Part shown: positions 1-13,934 of the stretch, piece by piece | Position numbering within the stretch: the first letter of the stretch is position 1 | How the letters are laid out: each line of letters opens with the position of its first letter | Source: Okamejei kenojei | Lineage: Eukaryota | Length of the DNA stretch: 64,000 bases | Direction: 5' to 3' | Assembly: GCA_035221665.1 (NCBI GenBank) | Contig: CM069157.1 | Span: 29,264,001 to 29,328,000 of the forward strand | Position numbers and translations under genes: made by a program | The notes under the pieces: model-generated | What the model saw: only the letters and a program-made list of their open reading frames with translations | What the model was told of the DNA's origin: nothing | Databases searched by the model: none

Positions 1-2599
1 TGGTATTACGGGATTGTTTCTCATGGAATAAAAAAGTAGGATAAAGTTTCCAAGGTGATGAAGATTAAGAAATTATTCTCTCAGGTGACTGGGTCAGTAC
101 AATAATTTAAAATCAGGTCTGGACATGATCAACATTCCTCCACAGCGAAAACCATGAAAATATACATGTCTGGTCATTCATCCCATTCCTGCTTGTGTGA
201 CATAGTTGCTTAAAATTTGGCCAGTGTATTTGTCTACAAAATAAGCAACAGCACTAGAGGTGGATCAGTGGATTTCATTGTTTTCCTTCAGGGGCATCCT
301 AAAGCTGTGCAGGCTGCTTTGTGAATATAATTTCCATATGTCTCCATTCTTGCATAAGCTTGCATGTTCTTTACTTTGGCAGTACAATATCTCTTTTTAT
401 TAATTATGAACAAATGTGGAGATATGTCCTTGACAGGCATTTGCTTGACCTTGAAATTCTGCTCTGCTGTATCACACTGCTGTTGTCACAGGCAGATCCA
501 CTCTGTCAGTCAGCAACAAATGCAAACAGAAATGTGCTTGGTTCTTTGTAGTCAAGTTCACTTGTCGTAGCAGGAACTGACTATGACCCCCTGAAACGTA
601 GAGATTAACTTGTCATGTATACTGGAAAAGATTATTCGACAGGACATGTACTGATATAGTTGGGGAACAGATTGGAAAGAACAGCTAAGCCACCAATCAG
701 AGCGTGACAGCTGAACCAACAGAAGACTGGTGGCCATCAGTGAGGTGCTGTGGACAGATTTATTGTCCTTTAACTGTATAATTTTAATCAAGATCTCTTT
801 CTTGCTCTGCAAGCTCCTTCCACCTCCTCTGCCTCACTCCAGTTACCTTGATTTATTTTTATTTAAGTGGGATCAACATTTTGGAGAATAAGAGCCAGAA
901 TGTTGAAATCTGTCTCAAATGGCAGCTCAGCAATAAAAATGTCCTTTGCTCAGTATTTATTATCTCTATGTTGGCGAGAGCGCCTAGTTTTGGCTGCAAT
1001 TAAAGTATTTTATTTTTAATGCTGCTGTAGGTTTCAAGTGCTTTGTGGTGCTCTGGTAGCACTGTTATATCTTTAGTCAACGTGGACCTGGGGATTTAGG
1101 CAGAATATATTTGATCAATACGCTATGGCAGTACAGTTCACGGGGTTGGTATTCTGTTTTCTGAACAAGATGTTCGCTCATCTCGATCTGATTTGTAGTA
1201 GCTCACAATCTGGCAATGCCTCCATTTTTAAATTGGTTACGTTAGTTCCTTACACGGTTTCACCCCCTGCAGCCCTACACTCCTTGACGACCTTTGCTTT
1301 TCTTCAATTTGCCCTCTTGTGACTTCCTATTTAGTCAGTTATTTTTCAGCTGCAGGAACCCAAAACAGGGATTCCCCTCTTAAACGTCCCAACTTCTTCT
1401 GTTTCTCAGGCCAGGGAAATCAACTCTGGCCTTGTCTGCGGTCAACCTGAAAGTGAATAACATTTCATTCCTTATAACTTCAGCTTTCGGCAAAATGTCA
1501 GGTCATCTATGCTGATACTTTCTTCTTTCATAGATGCGGAGTGTATTGCATCATTTTACAACCTTAAAAATGCTATTAAAATGCAGGTCATAATTAAGAT
1601 GTTAACTGAGATTATGCGGTAGGAATTGAAGTGAGCCAGAGGTGTTTGAAAGAGATGGGAACACAGACGTGCAGTGTTTTGCAACTGTATCAGTTCAGAG
1701 GTGCTATTGACTGGAGACAGGGACCTGGTTGGTGAGTATTTTCTATTGTCTGATTTCTTTATAAATTATAAGTTGTAAAGTTACAGAATGACAGGCGCTC
1801 ACTCAGCGAGTGGAATGTAAATCCAGTGCCATGAGGAAAATCATGGATACTTCCAATTTCCTAAGCAGCCACAAGTGCAGGAATTGTCTACATCTGTAGC
1901 AGCTCAGGCCCGGTTTTAAAGCTGGAACAGTGGCAGGAGTTACCATGGTGCCTCTGAGACTGATGACTTTGGAAATCTGAAAAGGAGGATACACCACAGC
2001 TAGTGTGTGTGTCGGCAGGGGGATAGGAAGGCTCCCAATGCAGAAACGAACAAGCAGGGAGGTAATGAAGGTGCCCACTGCAAATATAAGTTTCTCTTTG
2101 AATACTGGTGAGAGTGAGGTTTCTTCAAGAGTGCAATGAGTGAAACTAAAGGGGCTAAAATCTGGACCTGATTACTTGCTTCCATGCTTTTAACGGACAT
2201 GGCAGCAGAGATAATAGATGCTTTGATTGCATCTGGATTTTGGAGAGATTATAAAGCAGGGAAAACTGCAAATGTAGCACTGCTCTTCAAGAGGAAGATG
2301 GTAAGCGTAAAATTGTAAGAAGTTTAGATTAACATCTTTAATTGGGAAAATTTGAAAATCCACGACTAAAAAGGTATGGCAAGTGATTTGGAAAATCTTA
2401 CGGTAATCAAGCAGAGTCAACATGTCTATAAAATAAATCATGTTTGATAAATATGTAGAGTTCTACTAGGATATTACAAACCGGGTGGATAAAGAGTACC
2501 AGTAGTTGTAGCATATTTAGATTTGCAGAAGCAAATAGGAGAATGCAAAGACATTACACTGGAGCCTGGGATTACAGATTTGGTGTGTAACGACAGTAT

Positions 2600-2900
2600 G
2601 AGTAGATGTGACCTAAAGATGTGAGCGCCCAGGAACGAAAGAGGTTACAGTGGTGGATGCTGTCTGGTCCATCACAGGTACTCACTTCTCCACTATTGAA
2701 GGGATCTTTGAGGCAGATTTGATCTGCCTCAAAGACAACCAGTATCATCAAGAACCCACACGACCTTGGCCATGCACTCATTTCACTCCTAACATTGGGA
2801 AGAAGGCTTGGGAGTCTGAAAACCGTAGACCACCAGGTTCAAGAATAGCTTCTTCCCAACAACTATCGGGTTCTTAAATACTGTGCAACACTGACCTCAA
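2600..2900 (+). mobile_element. Rex1-like LINE 3' fragment
   Basis: QERKRL..VVDAVWSITGTHFSTIEGIF..., accaccaggttcaagaatagcttcttccc motif. Confidence 0.65.
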
Positions 2901-4959
2901 CTATGAACAAAGAATAATTATTTTTTTGTACCAATTTTGTGGTTATTAGTTTATTGAATTGTTAATGTTTATTATATATTATCTATATTTATTGAGTTTA
3001 CAAGCCTACCAATTATATAGTTTACAAACCGCTAATTAAATGCTATTGACTCTTGGCCGTCTTGACTCATTTTATAGGTGATATTTTTGAAACATACCGG
3101 ATTTTTAGTGGATTTACAGCTTTCTTTTGGGAATACATTTCCGCTAGTGTGCTATGTAGAAATAGGGGCTATACTGATATCAGAATATCCATTGAAGATG
3201 GAGGAATTTCTCCTGAGGGTCATGATGCTTTGAATTCAGTACTCTAGAGAATTGTGCAGGCAGATTCATTGAATCGGTGGAAATTGATACATTTGAACTA
3301 TAATGGAGTCCATTGGTTTGGGAGGAAACCAAGAATGTTGTTGAAGACACACAGAATTTCAAATGCTGGAATCTTGAGCAAAACACAAAATGCTGGAGAA
3401 ACCTAGCGGGTATGGCAGCATGTGGTGAGGGATTGGGCAAAATATGTTGCTGGTGAGGATTTTTTGAGTTGGAGCCAAGATTGGTCTGATATCATCTCGC
3501 TGAATGGTGCAACAGACCTGTCAAGCCAATTGTTCTTCCAGGGCCTTGGCCAACATTTTTCACAATAACTGTGGCAATGAAGGCAGTCATTCATCTCCTC
3601 CTCAAACTAGCCAGTTACTAGAAGCGAAAATTACTCTTTTCCCGTAGCCCCTGAAGTAATACTTTGTCTATGGAGTTCTCCCTGTTGGATGTAAGGAAAA
3701 CCACAGCCTGTACCACATTACAGTCAAATTCCAAAGCATTTTCCTGTTCTATTTATCTGTTGAAAATGAATCGCATTGGACCATGATATTCTAATCCTAG
3801 ACACATGCTTTTAAAATTCTTACAATTTGTCCTTCAAGTCTTAAAAAAATGTTACACTGCACCATAATTGCTGCTTTGAGTCCCTTCCACTACAGATGCC
3901 AGTCCTGCTCTGTTTTTCAGTCATGTACTGTTAAAGCTTACTTTAGTCAAAATATGCCTTCTATTCTACAGATTTCTGTACTCTCTTGATTTACTAATTT
4001 TTGCATTCATTTTCTATTGCATTAATGTTTGTATCATTTGTAGAAATTAAAGCTGCATTGCCCGCTGTATTCAGTCATTGTTCCAATATTCGGGTCATTT
4101 ATGTACAGTTTAAAAAAAAAACCATTGAATACTTTACTGAAATTTGAAAAATTAGTCCCCTTTTCTTGTTTTAATGAATTGCCATGCAATGTACTGTCAT
4201 GAATTCTGCACGTGTTCGTCCCTGAGAGAACTCCATCATCTCATCAGTTAATCATCTCTGACAGCTATGTGAAATCTCCCATGGGCTTTGTTGGTACCAG
4301 TAAAGGTGACAACCGCCCTCTCGTAGTGGCTGCAGTGCTTTCTCTGTAGACCAGACACCCCAGTAATTTTATCCCTCAACCAGGATTTCCAAAACAGGCA
4401 TATTTGTGTGATGCTTGCATTTTTTGGGTTTACTGTTCTTCCCTGTACACCAGTGATTGCAGTGGAGAAAATGATTGATTCAAAGTGCTTGAGGGATCCT
4501 GAAGATGGAAAGTGTGATATAAATCCAAGTTCTGAAAATTAATATGCTGGAGGAAAATTAACTTGAAGTTTCTACCTACTAGTACAGTGTACTTGTTTTG
4601 GTTGTTATTAGACAGTTGTGGAGATGTGGACGTGCTCATCCTTTACTGTTAACTGGTGCCGATGTTGTGCACTATTGGATCAGCAAAGAGACCTCAGTAA
4701 TACGTTGATTCAATTTCTTATATACTGTGCAGCCTGCTCAATGCTTGAGTAGAAGCTGCTAAGAGTGGCTTAATTAACAGTCTGCCGCAGTACAGACAAA
4801 GTCAACATACTCTTAAACAGATTATATTAAACTGTCATACCTATTACATGCAAGCCTGAAGATTTGCATGAATGTATCAAGTTACTCTGCTGGGAGGCTA
4901 AGTTCGTATAATGGAATGAGAATCTGTGCAATCAGCCTTCAATGTTCTCTCAAAAAAAA

Positions 4960-5262
4960 GTGCAGCTGGTTGAGCTGCATCCTCACGGCGCCAGAGATCC
5001 GGGTCTGATCCTGCCCTGGGCTGCTGCCTGTGTGGAGTTTGGTCACACCTTCTCGCTGTGTCCATGTGGGTTTCCTCTGGGATTTCTGGTTTCCTCCCAC
5101 TTTCCAAAGACATGCAGTTTGTAAGTCAAATGGTCTCTGTACATTGCCCCTAGTGTGTGGGGAATGGATGTGAAAGTGTGGTATATAGAAATAGTGTAGA
5201 TGGTGATTGAAGGTTGGTGTGGACTTGGTGGGCCAAAGGGCCTATTTCCAGACTATCTTTAA
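4960..5262 (+). mobile_element. tRNA-derived SINE (HE1/V-SINE-like)
   Basis: A/B-box-like head (cagctggttgag...gggtctgatcc), core tgtgtggagttt...gtgggtttcctc..., CR1-like tail. Confidence 0.8.
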
Positions 5263-8200
5263 ATCATACTAGGAGTCAGGAACTGTCATCTGTCTCTTTA
5301 GTTTTAGCATTTTCTTTCTCCCATTCTATCTCTTGGATTCCCCTTTTTTCCTACCTTGATCTTTCCCTCCTGTTCTTTATGCCCTCTTCTTCCAAATCCA
5401 ATTTGCCGACATGGATGAGTTGGGCCAAAGAGTGTGATTCCATGCTCCGAATCCAAATCCCTCTGTAAACCTTTGAATACATCAGCTTGTTCCCACATGC
5501 TGTCTCTCATTCTCTTTGGTCCACTCCTCCCTCTCCCTTTTTCTTCTGTATCTCATTCCCCACCCCAAAGCTCCAAATTAAGAAGAGAGAAGTGATATTG
5601 AGGCCATATCTCAGTTCCAAGGATCTCATTGTAAGAATTCCTCTTGCCTATATTCTGGAGATAATTCTGAAGCTTCGGACTGTGGCATGGTGTCAATGTA
5701 GACAGACAAAAATAAACACAACAGATCACGGGCACAGCTCTGGGCATACAGGATAATGACAGTCTGAAATGATTTACCAGGTGGAGATGTTAGGAATTTA
5801 GACTTTGGGGAAATAGCAAAAGTTTTCAAATTACATTTGCCTCCACCCAGTAATTAACCTTTGTTCTCTTCTGGGAAGATTTATGTGGAGAGTTTTTTGT
5901 TTTCTCAACTCACAAGTTGGCAACCGGTAAAGACTGCGTTAGCTTACCTGGCTAAAGACTGTGACTTGGAGATGTTTAATTAATAACTGGAATGGAATTA
6001 CTGGGCACAAATTATTTTTAACCTACTCCCTGAGAAAGAAACCTCTGGTTGTAAATGAAACTTCAAAGTTCAAAACTCCTGTTACTCCTTTAACAGAGTA
6101 CAACTAAATTTTGATCGTGTGTCAGTTTTTAAAAGTATATATTACTATTGTTATATGTTTTATTAATTAAAAATTAAGTGTTGATAGAATGATTTCTACG
6201 TGGAAAAAAATAATATCCCAAATAAATATCACAAAAAATTCTGTCAAGGTACTTTCAGTAGGAGCATTAATTGGAGGTTTATTTTGAGTTCTTTAATGAA
6301 CACATTGAGCTGGTGTGATTTCTTTGAAGAACAAACAATGCAGCAGTGAGAGGCCACTTGGCTTTCATGTTTCAGTCTTTGAAAATGTTATCAAATCATT
6401 TCTTCTCCCTACTCATTGCTCGTAGCGCTCCAAATGGTTCCTGATCTTGGCAGACTTGCTTGTTTAAAAAAAAAAGTCCTCTCAAACTCTGTTTCCTGCA
6501 ATGAGACAGTGGACCATTTTTGTCTGAAATTCAAGAGATCTTGGGCGGAGCAGTGTAACACTCCCTCAAATGGAGGTTTACCAGATGCTGAACGAAAATG
6601 TTTGGTACTACATACAGAATTACCCAACGCGTCTATGTGTCATCTTTTTATTTTATCTAACCCAGGGTTAGATAAAATAAAGGAAAGGGAATTGAATGAC
6701 TGCAAATGCTAAACATTTAAGCTAAAACAAAATGCTGGAAGTAGCTTGGTCAGGAGAGAAAAACAGAATTAACATTTCAGTTTGATAACCTTTCATCAGG
6801 ACTGATAGACTAATACGATACACCTCTTTATTACTGCCATCCAGGGCCTCTGGTGCTATTTCCAGATATGAGAGAGAGATTTACTGGTACATTTGTGTTT
6901 GCTGTTCACAATGTGGTTAAATAATGAGCACTCTGCCTTCATTAAACATGTGACCCCAAATTGCAGATTTTCTGATGGCATAGTTTTACTGCTATGTGGA
7001 CTTTTTGCAATAAAAACTGAAGATACTGTCAATACTGCAGTGGGGAGAAACCAGAAGTGGAAAAGTGAGAAGGTTGTGTTTTAAGTGACAAAGTGGGTAG
7101 TTGGGGAGAGCAGGGGGATCAACTATGATACAGTAGAAACTTGGGTTGGCAGGGTGACAGGCACATGCTGTTGCTGTCCACTAAAATAGTGTGATGAAAG
7201 CTTGTTAATTAATCATAGCTGATCTGTCTGAGAGGTATAAATAGAGTGCTCTCTGCTCAGCCTGCTACATTGTTCCATTAAAGCACAATGCAAACTTCCC
7301 TCTTGTCTTCCCTCTCACATATCGGCTGCAACTTAAAACTTGTTCATTTCTATCATTCTTAACTTTTTTTTGTAAAATAAAAAGCCACCAGCAAGAGAAA
7401 TTAAGTCTGTCTCTTGCCGTCCTGAGATAATGTTGGCATATAGTATTTCCAGTATAATTTTAAACGTGCAAGCTCCTGTGCAAGGATCGAAGCACTGAAA
7501 AACTGGAAGCATTCGGCTGGTAAGGGGGTGTCTGTCGAAAGAGAAACTGATGAAAGGTCTCCCATCTGGACTGTTGATTCTACTTCTCTTTCCATAAATG
7601 CCTCCTGACATGCTGTATGTTTCCACGTCTTCTGTCTTTATTTCCAGTATTTTTGTTGTTGTTTGCTTGGCATTGCCCTCTTACACAGGTCAGCATATAC
7701 TTTTATATATCCGCCCAGGGTCACTATAGTATATGGACTTAGCTGTGACAGTAGGTTTATCCAGTGAGAGCTTATTTTCAGAACTCTTTATCCCACCACA
7801 CAACTGGAACCAGTAGTCCAGGATCAGTAAGTGTGAGAGTGTAGCTATTGTTACCAGTTTGTTAGTGTATACCTGGCTGGGCAGAAACCCGCCATCTGAG
7901 GCAGATTGCTAGAGCAGTATTGAATCAGGATTTTGGTATTAACAATATGTTGCCCATCAAATGTAGTGTTGCGCACTCCTAATGGTAAGATAGGCTCTGG
8001 GTCTGCTTTCACTTTCCGCAGCTCTTTGCCCCATCCCCATGTACCAGACAAAATCCTGGTTTAAGGAATACTCTTGGAAGATGGAAGCAGGACTTGTCAG
8101 CTCTGTTTCAGCTCTCTCCCAATTCTGGCTAGGATCTAGAAACCCAACTCCATACAGGCTCTCCCTATCTCTTCACATGTACAGTTCCCACTGGAAGCCC

Positions 8201-8512
8201 TGATACAGCAGGAGCTCAGAGTACATTGCTCTTCTCCCTGCAATCAAAATAAAAGCTGGTGTTTTTTTTTAATGGATAACATTTTTAAAATATAATAATC
8301 CAAGTAGGCTTGATGTGCATTGACGGACAGAATACCGTGTGTGGGTTCTGAGTTTTTGTTTCTTCACTGTATTTCACTAACATTCCTTTACTTATGCAAT
8401 TTAGGTCTCTAGTATTTTTGAACCACTTTCCTCTGGCATTTTTCTTAAATGTTTCTATCTTATTGATAGGTTCGAAGGAAGGTGATCACTTTGCCATTTC
8501 CACGTTTGAGAG

Positions 8513-8649
8513 ATGTCGAAGCCTGCAGGTTCAAAGTCCAGGTCGCAATCATCCCACTCAAGGTCCCGCTCTCGGTCCCGATCCCGATCTTTTACTAGAT
8601 CTCGCTCACGTTCTCGCTCACGTTCTCACTCAAGAAAACGGAAGTACAG
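8513..8649 (+). CDS. THRAP3: THRAP3 first coding exon (RS-rich N-terminus); exon starts at acceptor 8470
   Basis: gatag|g acceptor at 8469/8470; ATG 8513 reads MSKPAGSKSRSQSSHSRSRSRSRSRSFTRSRSRSRSRSHSRKRKY; donor AG|GTGAGA after 8649 (phase 2); resembles human THRAP3 MSKTNKSKSGSRSSRSRS...RKRRLS. Confidence 0.9.
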
Positions 8650-9434
8650 GTGAGAGAATTTCTTCAGATGATTACATTCTGATTTCATGATGTTTATGCT
8701 CTTGTGTGATATTAGTGATATTAAGAACCTTCGTGTTGCCTTGTATAGATAAGGTGTTTAATATTCATTAATTAAAATCTAACAACCACTGTTCTGCAGT
8801 GATTATCCACAAGCAAAATGCAGATGCTGGAATCCTGGGTAGAACACAAAGTGCCGGAGTAACTCAGTGGGTCAGCCGGCATCTCTAGAAGATTGTAAAG
8901 GCTGCGTTTTGGGTTGGAACCGTTCTTCAGACTCTGTGATAGTTGGATACAAGTATGGGGGGGGGTGGGGGGGGGGGTGGATTTGATTGGCAGATTGTGG
9001 ACAAAGGCTAGAGATAAAAAGGTGATGAAAGTGGACCAAAGGAGGCAAACCAATGTTGTCACTGAGAATCTCTAAAGACACTGGCCATTCTGTCTCTGGT
9101 TTCTTTGCATTTTAACCCAGGCTCTGTAAGCCCTTCATAAAATGTCAGTCTCAGTGCTAGAGATGTCTCTTTTGAGTGTGTAGGTTACTGTTCATGTTTT
9201 ACTTTTTAGAATTTGAGTGCCAAACCCAGCCTGAGAAGAGACGTTAAACCAAGACCTTGTTCCAGGTTGATTTAAAAGATCCTATGGCATTGTCCAAAGC
9301 AGATTCCAAGTGTTGCCCAACTGATAAACAGCCAAATAATTTGTTGCAATTTTTTGTCAATGCTGCTAGTGGGAAATTGCCATGTATAAACTGACTTTTG
9401 TCCTTCCAAAGTTATAACTGGCATTACGATTCTG

Positions 9435-9790
9435 GAGTCTAGAAGAACTGGGAGCTCACAGAAATCTATAAACTTCCAGAAGGACCATATAGTATAAATG
9501 TAGGGAGTATGTCCCGACAGCTGGGGAGTCCAGAACCAGGGGCCCCAATCTTAGAAAATGGGGTATTTACGATCTAGATCCAGAGAAATGTCTTCATCCG
9601 AAGTATGGAAAACCTACTCTGCCAAAGAAGGCAACATGCATTATTAATATGTTCAAGGAAGAGGTATATGTTACAATGTTCAATGGATATGGGGAAAAGG
9701 AGGAAGCAGAGTACTAAAGTGAATCAGCCATGATCATTGAATGGTGGAACAGCGCTAAAGGGCCTTGCTCCTAGTTCCTGTTTCACTGTC
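9435..9790 (+). mobile_element. Old CR1-type LINE 3' fragment
   Basis: Decayed 3' ORF end and tail (gaatcagccatgatcattgaatggtgg). Confidence 0.6.
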
Positions 9791-11339
9791 AATTACTTGA
9801 TAATACTTAATTTGGTGTAAGATACTGTGATTGTGAGATTATGCAAGGTTCCTTCCCAGCACCGGTAAATGGTTGTTTGGTGGAGGGTGCGGGTAATTAA
9901 CTTTTAGTGCTGGGCGTGAAGTTAGGAAGATAATTATCTGAGCCACTTGGATTTGGATGAGCAGATTGGGAACATTGGAGTCCTTTGGCAGGGGGAGCTG
10001 TACCATTGGTATGGGATTAGGAAATAAGTTATAATGGTTAGCAACTGTTTATTGATGACTGAGAATATAGAGCGTGATGAGCAGGCAGTGGAGAACATTA
10101 TAGGTAGAAGTAAGAGAAAGAAAAATATTTGAAACTAGTGAGAGTTTATAAGATTTCCTGGAAGCACCTACAAACAGTGGCAGAATTTATTTATGGCAAA
10201 TATTAAACACGCAGTAAACGGAGGGGAGTTGTAGTGGGGGGTGTCATTTCATAAAGCTAGTAAATCTTGGTATGTGCTCAGGATTTCCTCCAACAACATA
10301 TCCTATATCAGACAATGGAACAGACCGTAATGAGATAGCTGTAGCTAAATGGTGTGTGAATATTTATCAGGTATCAATGGCTATATGACACGTTCAATGT
10401 GGTGAAATTATTATTAAAATTCTAGGTTTAGGTGTGCTTGTCTTCTACGCCAGTGCTAGGGATAAAACCACAGAACAGCAAATAGTAAATATTGAAAAAA
10501 AGACAGTTATAAATACACTATACATGCCTTGAGAGACAAGAACTCTTGACACTAAGGAAAATGAACAACCAAAGATGTAATACCATTTAAAAAACTTTTT
10601 TTTTTTTTAAAGGCAAAGGTTTGCAGAGATCCAACAACTGAGAGATGCACCAAAGAAAAGCTGACTAAATCAAACTTTAAGAGACTGTGAAAGAGAGGAT
10701 CAAAATAAACTTACAACCAACAATAAAATAAATTTAAAATATTTTACTATCATATTCGAAGCAAAATTGACCCCTTATTAATGGTGTAGACAAAACTAAA
10801 TGGAAAATAAACAAATGGCAGTCAAATGTGATACTTGACGACATATGGCATAATGTTAGTCAGAGAAAACTAGATAGAATTCAGGGGAGACTTTCGCCAA
10901 AATTAGCATGGGTGAATTACACAGTGAAAAAAACCGTGGCATTGAAGAATAGCATGTCACTATGGAGATACAAGGAACTGCAGATGCTGGGTTTTTTTTT
11001 TTAACATGGTGCTGGAGTAACTCTGCTGGTCAGACAGCATCTATGGAGGACATGGATAGGCAATGTTTCTGGTTGGGACATTTCTTCAAACTCTATGGAT
11101 TGAAGAACTTTGGGACCACTTTCAGACTGCTTGGGGAAGCAACGTTTCAAACCTGAAACGTCACCTGTCCGTGTCCTCCAATAATGCTGCCTGGACGCTG
11201 TGTTACTCTAGCACTTTGTTTTTATTTTAAGCAAGTTACTATGGCCAAGTGGTTTTAATTCCATTACTAAAGAAAGTAGGTTAAAACATTTCAGTTGTCC
11301 GAATTATTCACTTCCAAAGTTATCTTAATTGGAAACCAT

Positions 11340-12260
11340 TAGAATTAAAAGTAGTATTTTGTTGCTTTAATTAAGGAAGGCAAGAGAGGAAACTAGAAAA
11401 AAAAACACAGAACTACATATGGTGGTCTAACATAATTTCAGGAAGTTACTGACATAGTTTTTTAAATTCACGATGTATAAAAAAACATTTGGACAGGTAC
11501 ATAGGATAGGTTTAGAAGGATATGGGTCAACACAGGCAGGTGGGACTAGTGAAAATGGGGTATCTTAGTCAGCATGGGCAAGTTGGGCTGAAGGGCCAAA
11601 CTGGATCACTCGGTGACTACTGGGTATAAAATTATCGACTGATGCTCTAAAAAAAATCATTTTTATAGCGAGCCACATGGATATCAGGGTGGATTATGTT
11701 TGACAAGCCTAATTGAAGAGGTGACTAAAATAATGAAAAGGGGAATGTCTATTTGTGTAGACTTTCATAAGCATTATATAAATCAAGAAGAGACTTAACC
11801 AAAGTTGAAATTCATGGAAATAAAAGCAATATGTTGACCTGGCGAAGAAAATGACAAGGTTGGGAGTAGGGACATATGTGCCAGTTGGCAGAATGTGATC
11901 GAGCTGTCATCCATCTGTGATCGGAGGGCTGTGTTGCTGTATTTATAATTGCTTTGATATGAAAGAAAACTGAAGAACCACAACTCCCAATAGCACAGAT
12001 AATCCACATTATAAGCAAACTATTACAAAAGGATACTTTATATTTTGAGTGAATGGGGAATTTTGAGGCTCATGGCTTTTAACCTAGGCAAATGTCAAGC
12101 CACCTATTTTAGGCCGGAAAATAAAACTTTTTAGTGGATGAACTAATTTTTAGGATACCATACAAAAGTAGGAAAGGGCATTAGAAAATCGAAGACAAAG
12201 TGCATGGTCTAAAAATTCATGGAAGTTAAAGCGATTTGCTGACCAGGTTCAGAAACTAAC
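11340..12260 (+). mobile_element. Old CR1-type LINE fragments
   Basis: CR1 tail at ~11480-11600 and decayed RT-like sequence (catggat...tgtttgacaagcctaattgaa). Confidence 0.5.
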
Positions 12261-13159
12261 AATGTAGAAAGGGGCAGAGTAAGAATAATGGGTGATTTCA
12301 GAAGGAGTGGGTGTAGTAGTTTATAGATTAGGCACCTAGTGGTCTGCCAGGGTATAATTAAAGCCGGCATGACCTAAACATGATCACTTGGTTCATTTTC
12401 TGATCCAACACAACCTGAGCCATAAAACATAATTATTTTTTTTTAAACTACATGTCAGTAACAAACAGGTTACCTTGACCTGGATAAAATACTGAGCCAG
12501 ACAGGCATGGCATTGTTCACCCAACATCCCCAAAAGGTCCCAGACTTTGGGCTTTGGGCTTGATCAGGCACCAATACCATACAGCCATGATCGCATCAAA
12601 TGGTGGAACAAATCTGAGCAGCTAAATGGCTTTGTTCCTCGAACATTTAAGTTGGATCAGGGCTTCATATAACAGTTGGTAGAAAATAGAGCAAATTCTA
12701 TGTTTTCACTGTATGTCTGGAACAGTTATAGAGGAATAGAGTTGATCCTAGAGTCACCTTACACCTACCCTGCAAAATGTACTCTGATTTGCAGGTAATT
12801 TGCTTGACCCCATATAGTCATAGAGTCATACAACATGAAACGGGGCCCATCGGTCCAAATTGCGCACGCTGACCAAGATTTCCCCATTTCAACTAATCCC
12901 ACTGCCTACATATGGCTCATATCCCTTTAAACCATTTCAATCCATGAACCTGTCCAAATGTCTCTTCAGTGTTGTATAGGTACCTGCCTTAGATACTTCT
13001 TCTGGCAACAACTGGCCTCAGGCAAGGAGGTTCCCTGATAGGCTGACTGTTGCTTAGGGGCAGGTGTGAGCCCAAGAGGTATGCATAGTTGTGAACTGAA
13101 GAACTAGATAACTAACTTTTAATGGGGGGGGGGGGGGAGAGAAGGTATTTGTAGAAATG

Positions 13160-13346
13160 ACCTAAAATTGGAAATTCAATGTTCATACCATTGGGTTGTA
13201 AGCTGTCCAAGTGAAATTTGAGATGCTGTGCCTCCAAGTTACATGCGGCCTTGCTCTGGCAACGGTGGAGGCCCAGTACTGAAAGGTCAATATGGGAATG
13301 GTAAGGGGAGTTTAAGTGGTTAGGAACCGGGAGATCCAGTAGCCTG
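13160..13346 (-). mobile_element. Penelope-like element fragment (C-terminus of GIY-YIG endonuclease)
   Basis: Manual translation LDLPVPNHLNSPYHSHIDLSVLGLHRCQSKAACNLEAQHLKFHLDSLQPNGMNIEF. Confidence 0.8.
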
Positions 13347-13934
13347 CCAAGGAATATTTTCTGTTTTTATTTCATTGCATATATTCTAATCACGTAACTA
13401 GGCATCGTACTGTTTAAAATTAGAATTACGATGATAGTTATAAGACTCGAGAAGAAGTTTCCTATTCCATTATTGTGGAATTTTATATTTTCCTCATTAG
13501 TTAGTTGTCTCTTTTCCTTTCCAATGGAATTAATCTTGATTTTATGCAAGCTAAGTTGCCTTGTCCTAGATTCCCCAAGGGCATGGTGGTAGGCCATCAT
13601 TTTGAACCATAAGCGTTTAATATAACTGTGGCTACCTGGTCCACATCAGTTTATGTGCGCCTGTTTTACATGTTGGCCAGATCACACACACAAAGATAAT
13701 TTTAGGTTGTAATTAGATTGTAATTTCTGTATTTTTAATATTGTTCTGAAAAAGACCATAGTAGAGATGCCAACTGGTACGGATTTCCCGTAATTTCTAC
13801 GGAAAATTGGCCAATTACGGGCGGTACGATTTTCATATCGTAAATCCCGGATTTTGCCGATTTTAAGTTAGCACATACTTGTTGTGTTTGTTTGGGAGTG
13901 TGTGAGTGAGTGTGTGTGTGTGAGTGTGTGAGTG

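Noticed and set aside
1586-1730. Possible 5' UTR exon of THRAP3 ending at TTG|GTGAGT
   Set aside because: Only a donor-like motif; weak acceptor and no homology evidence
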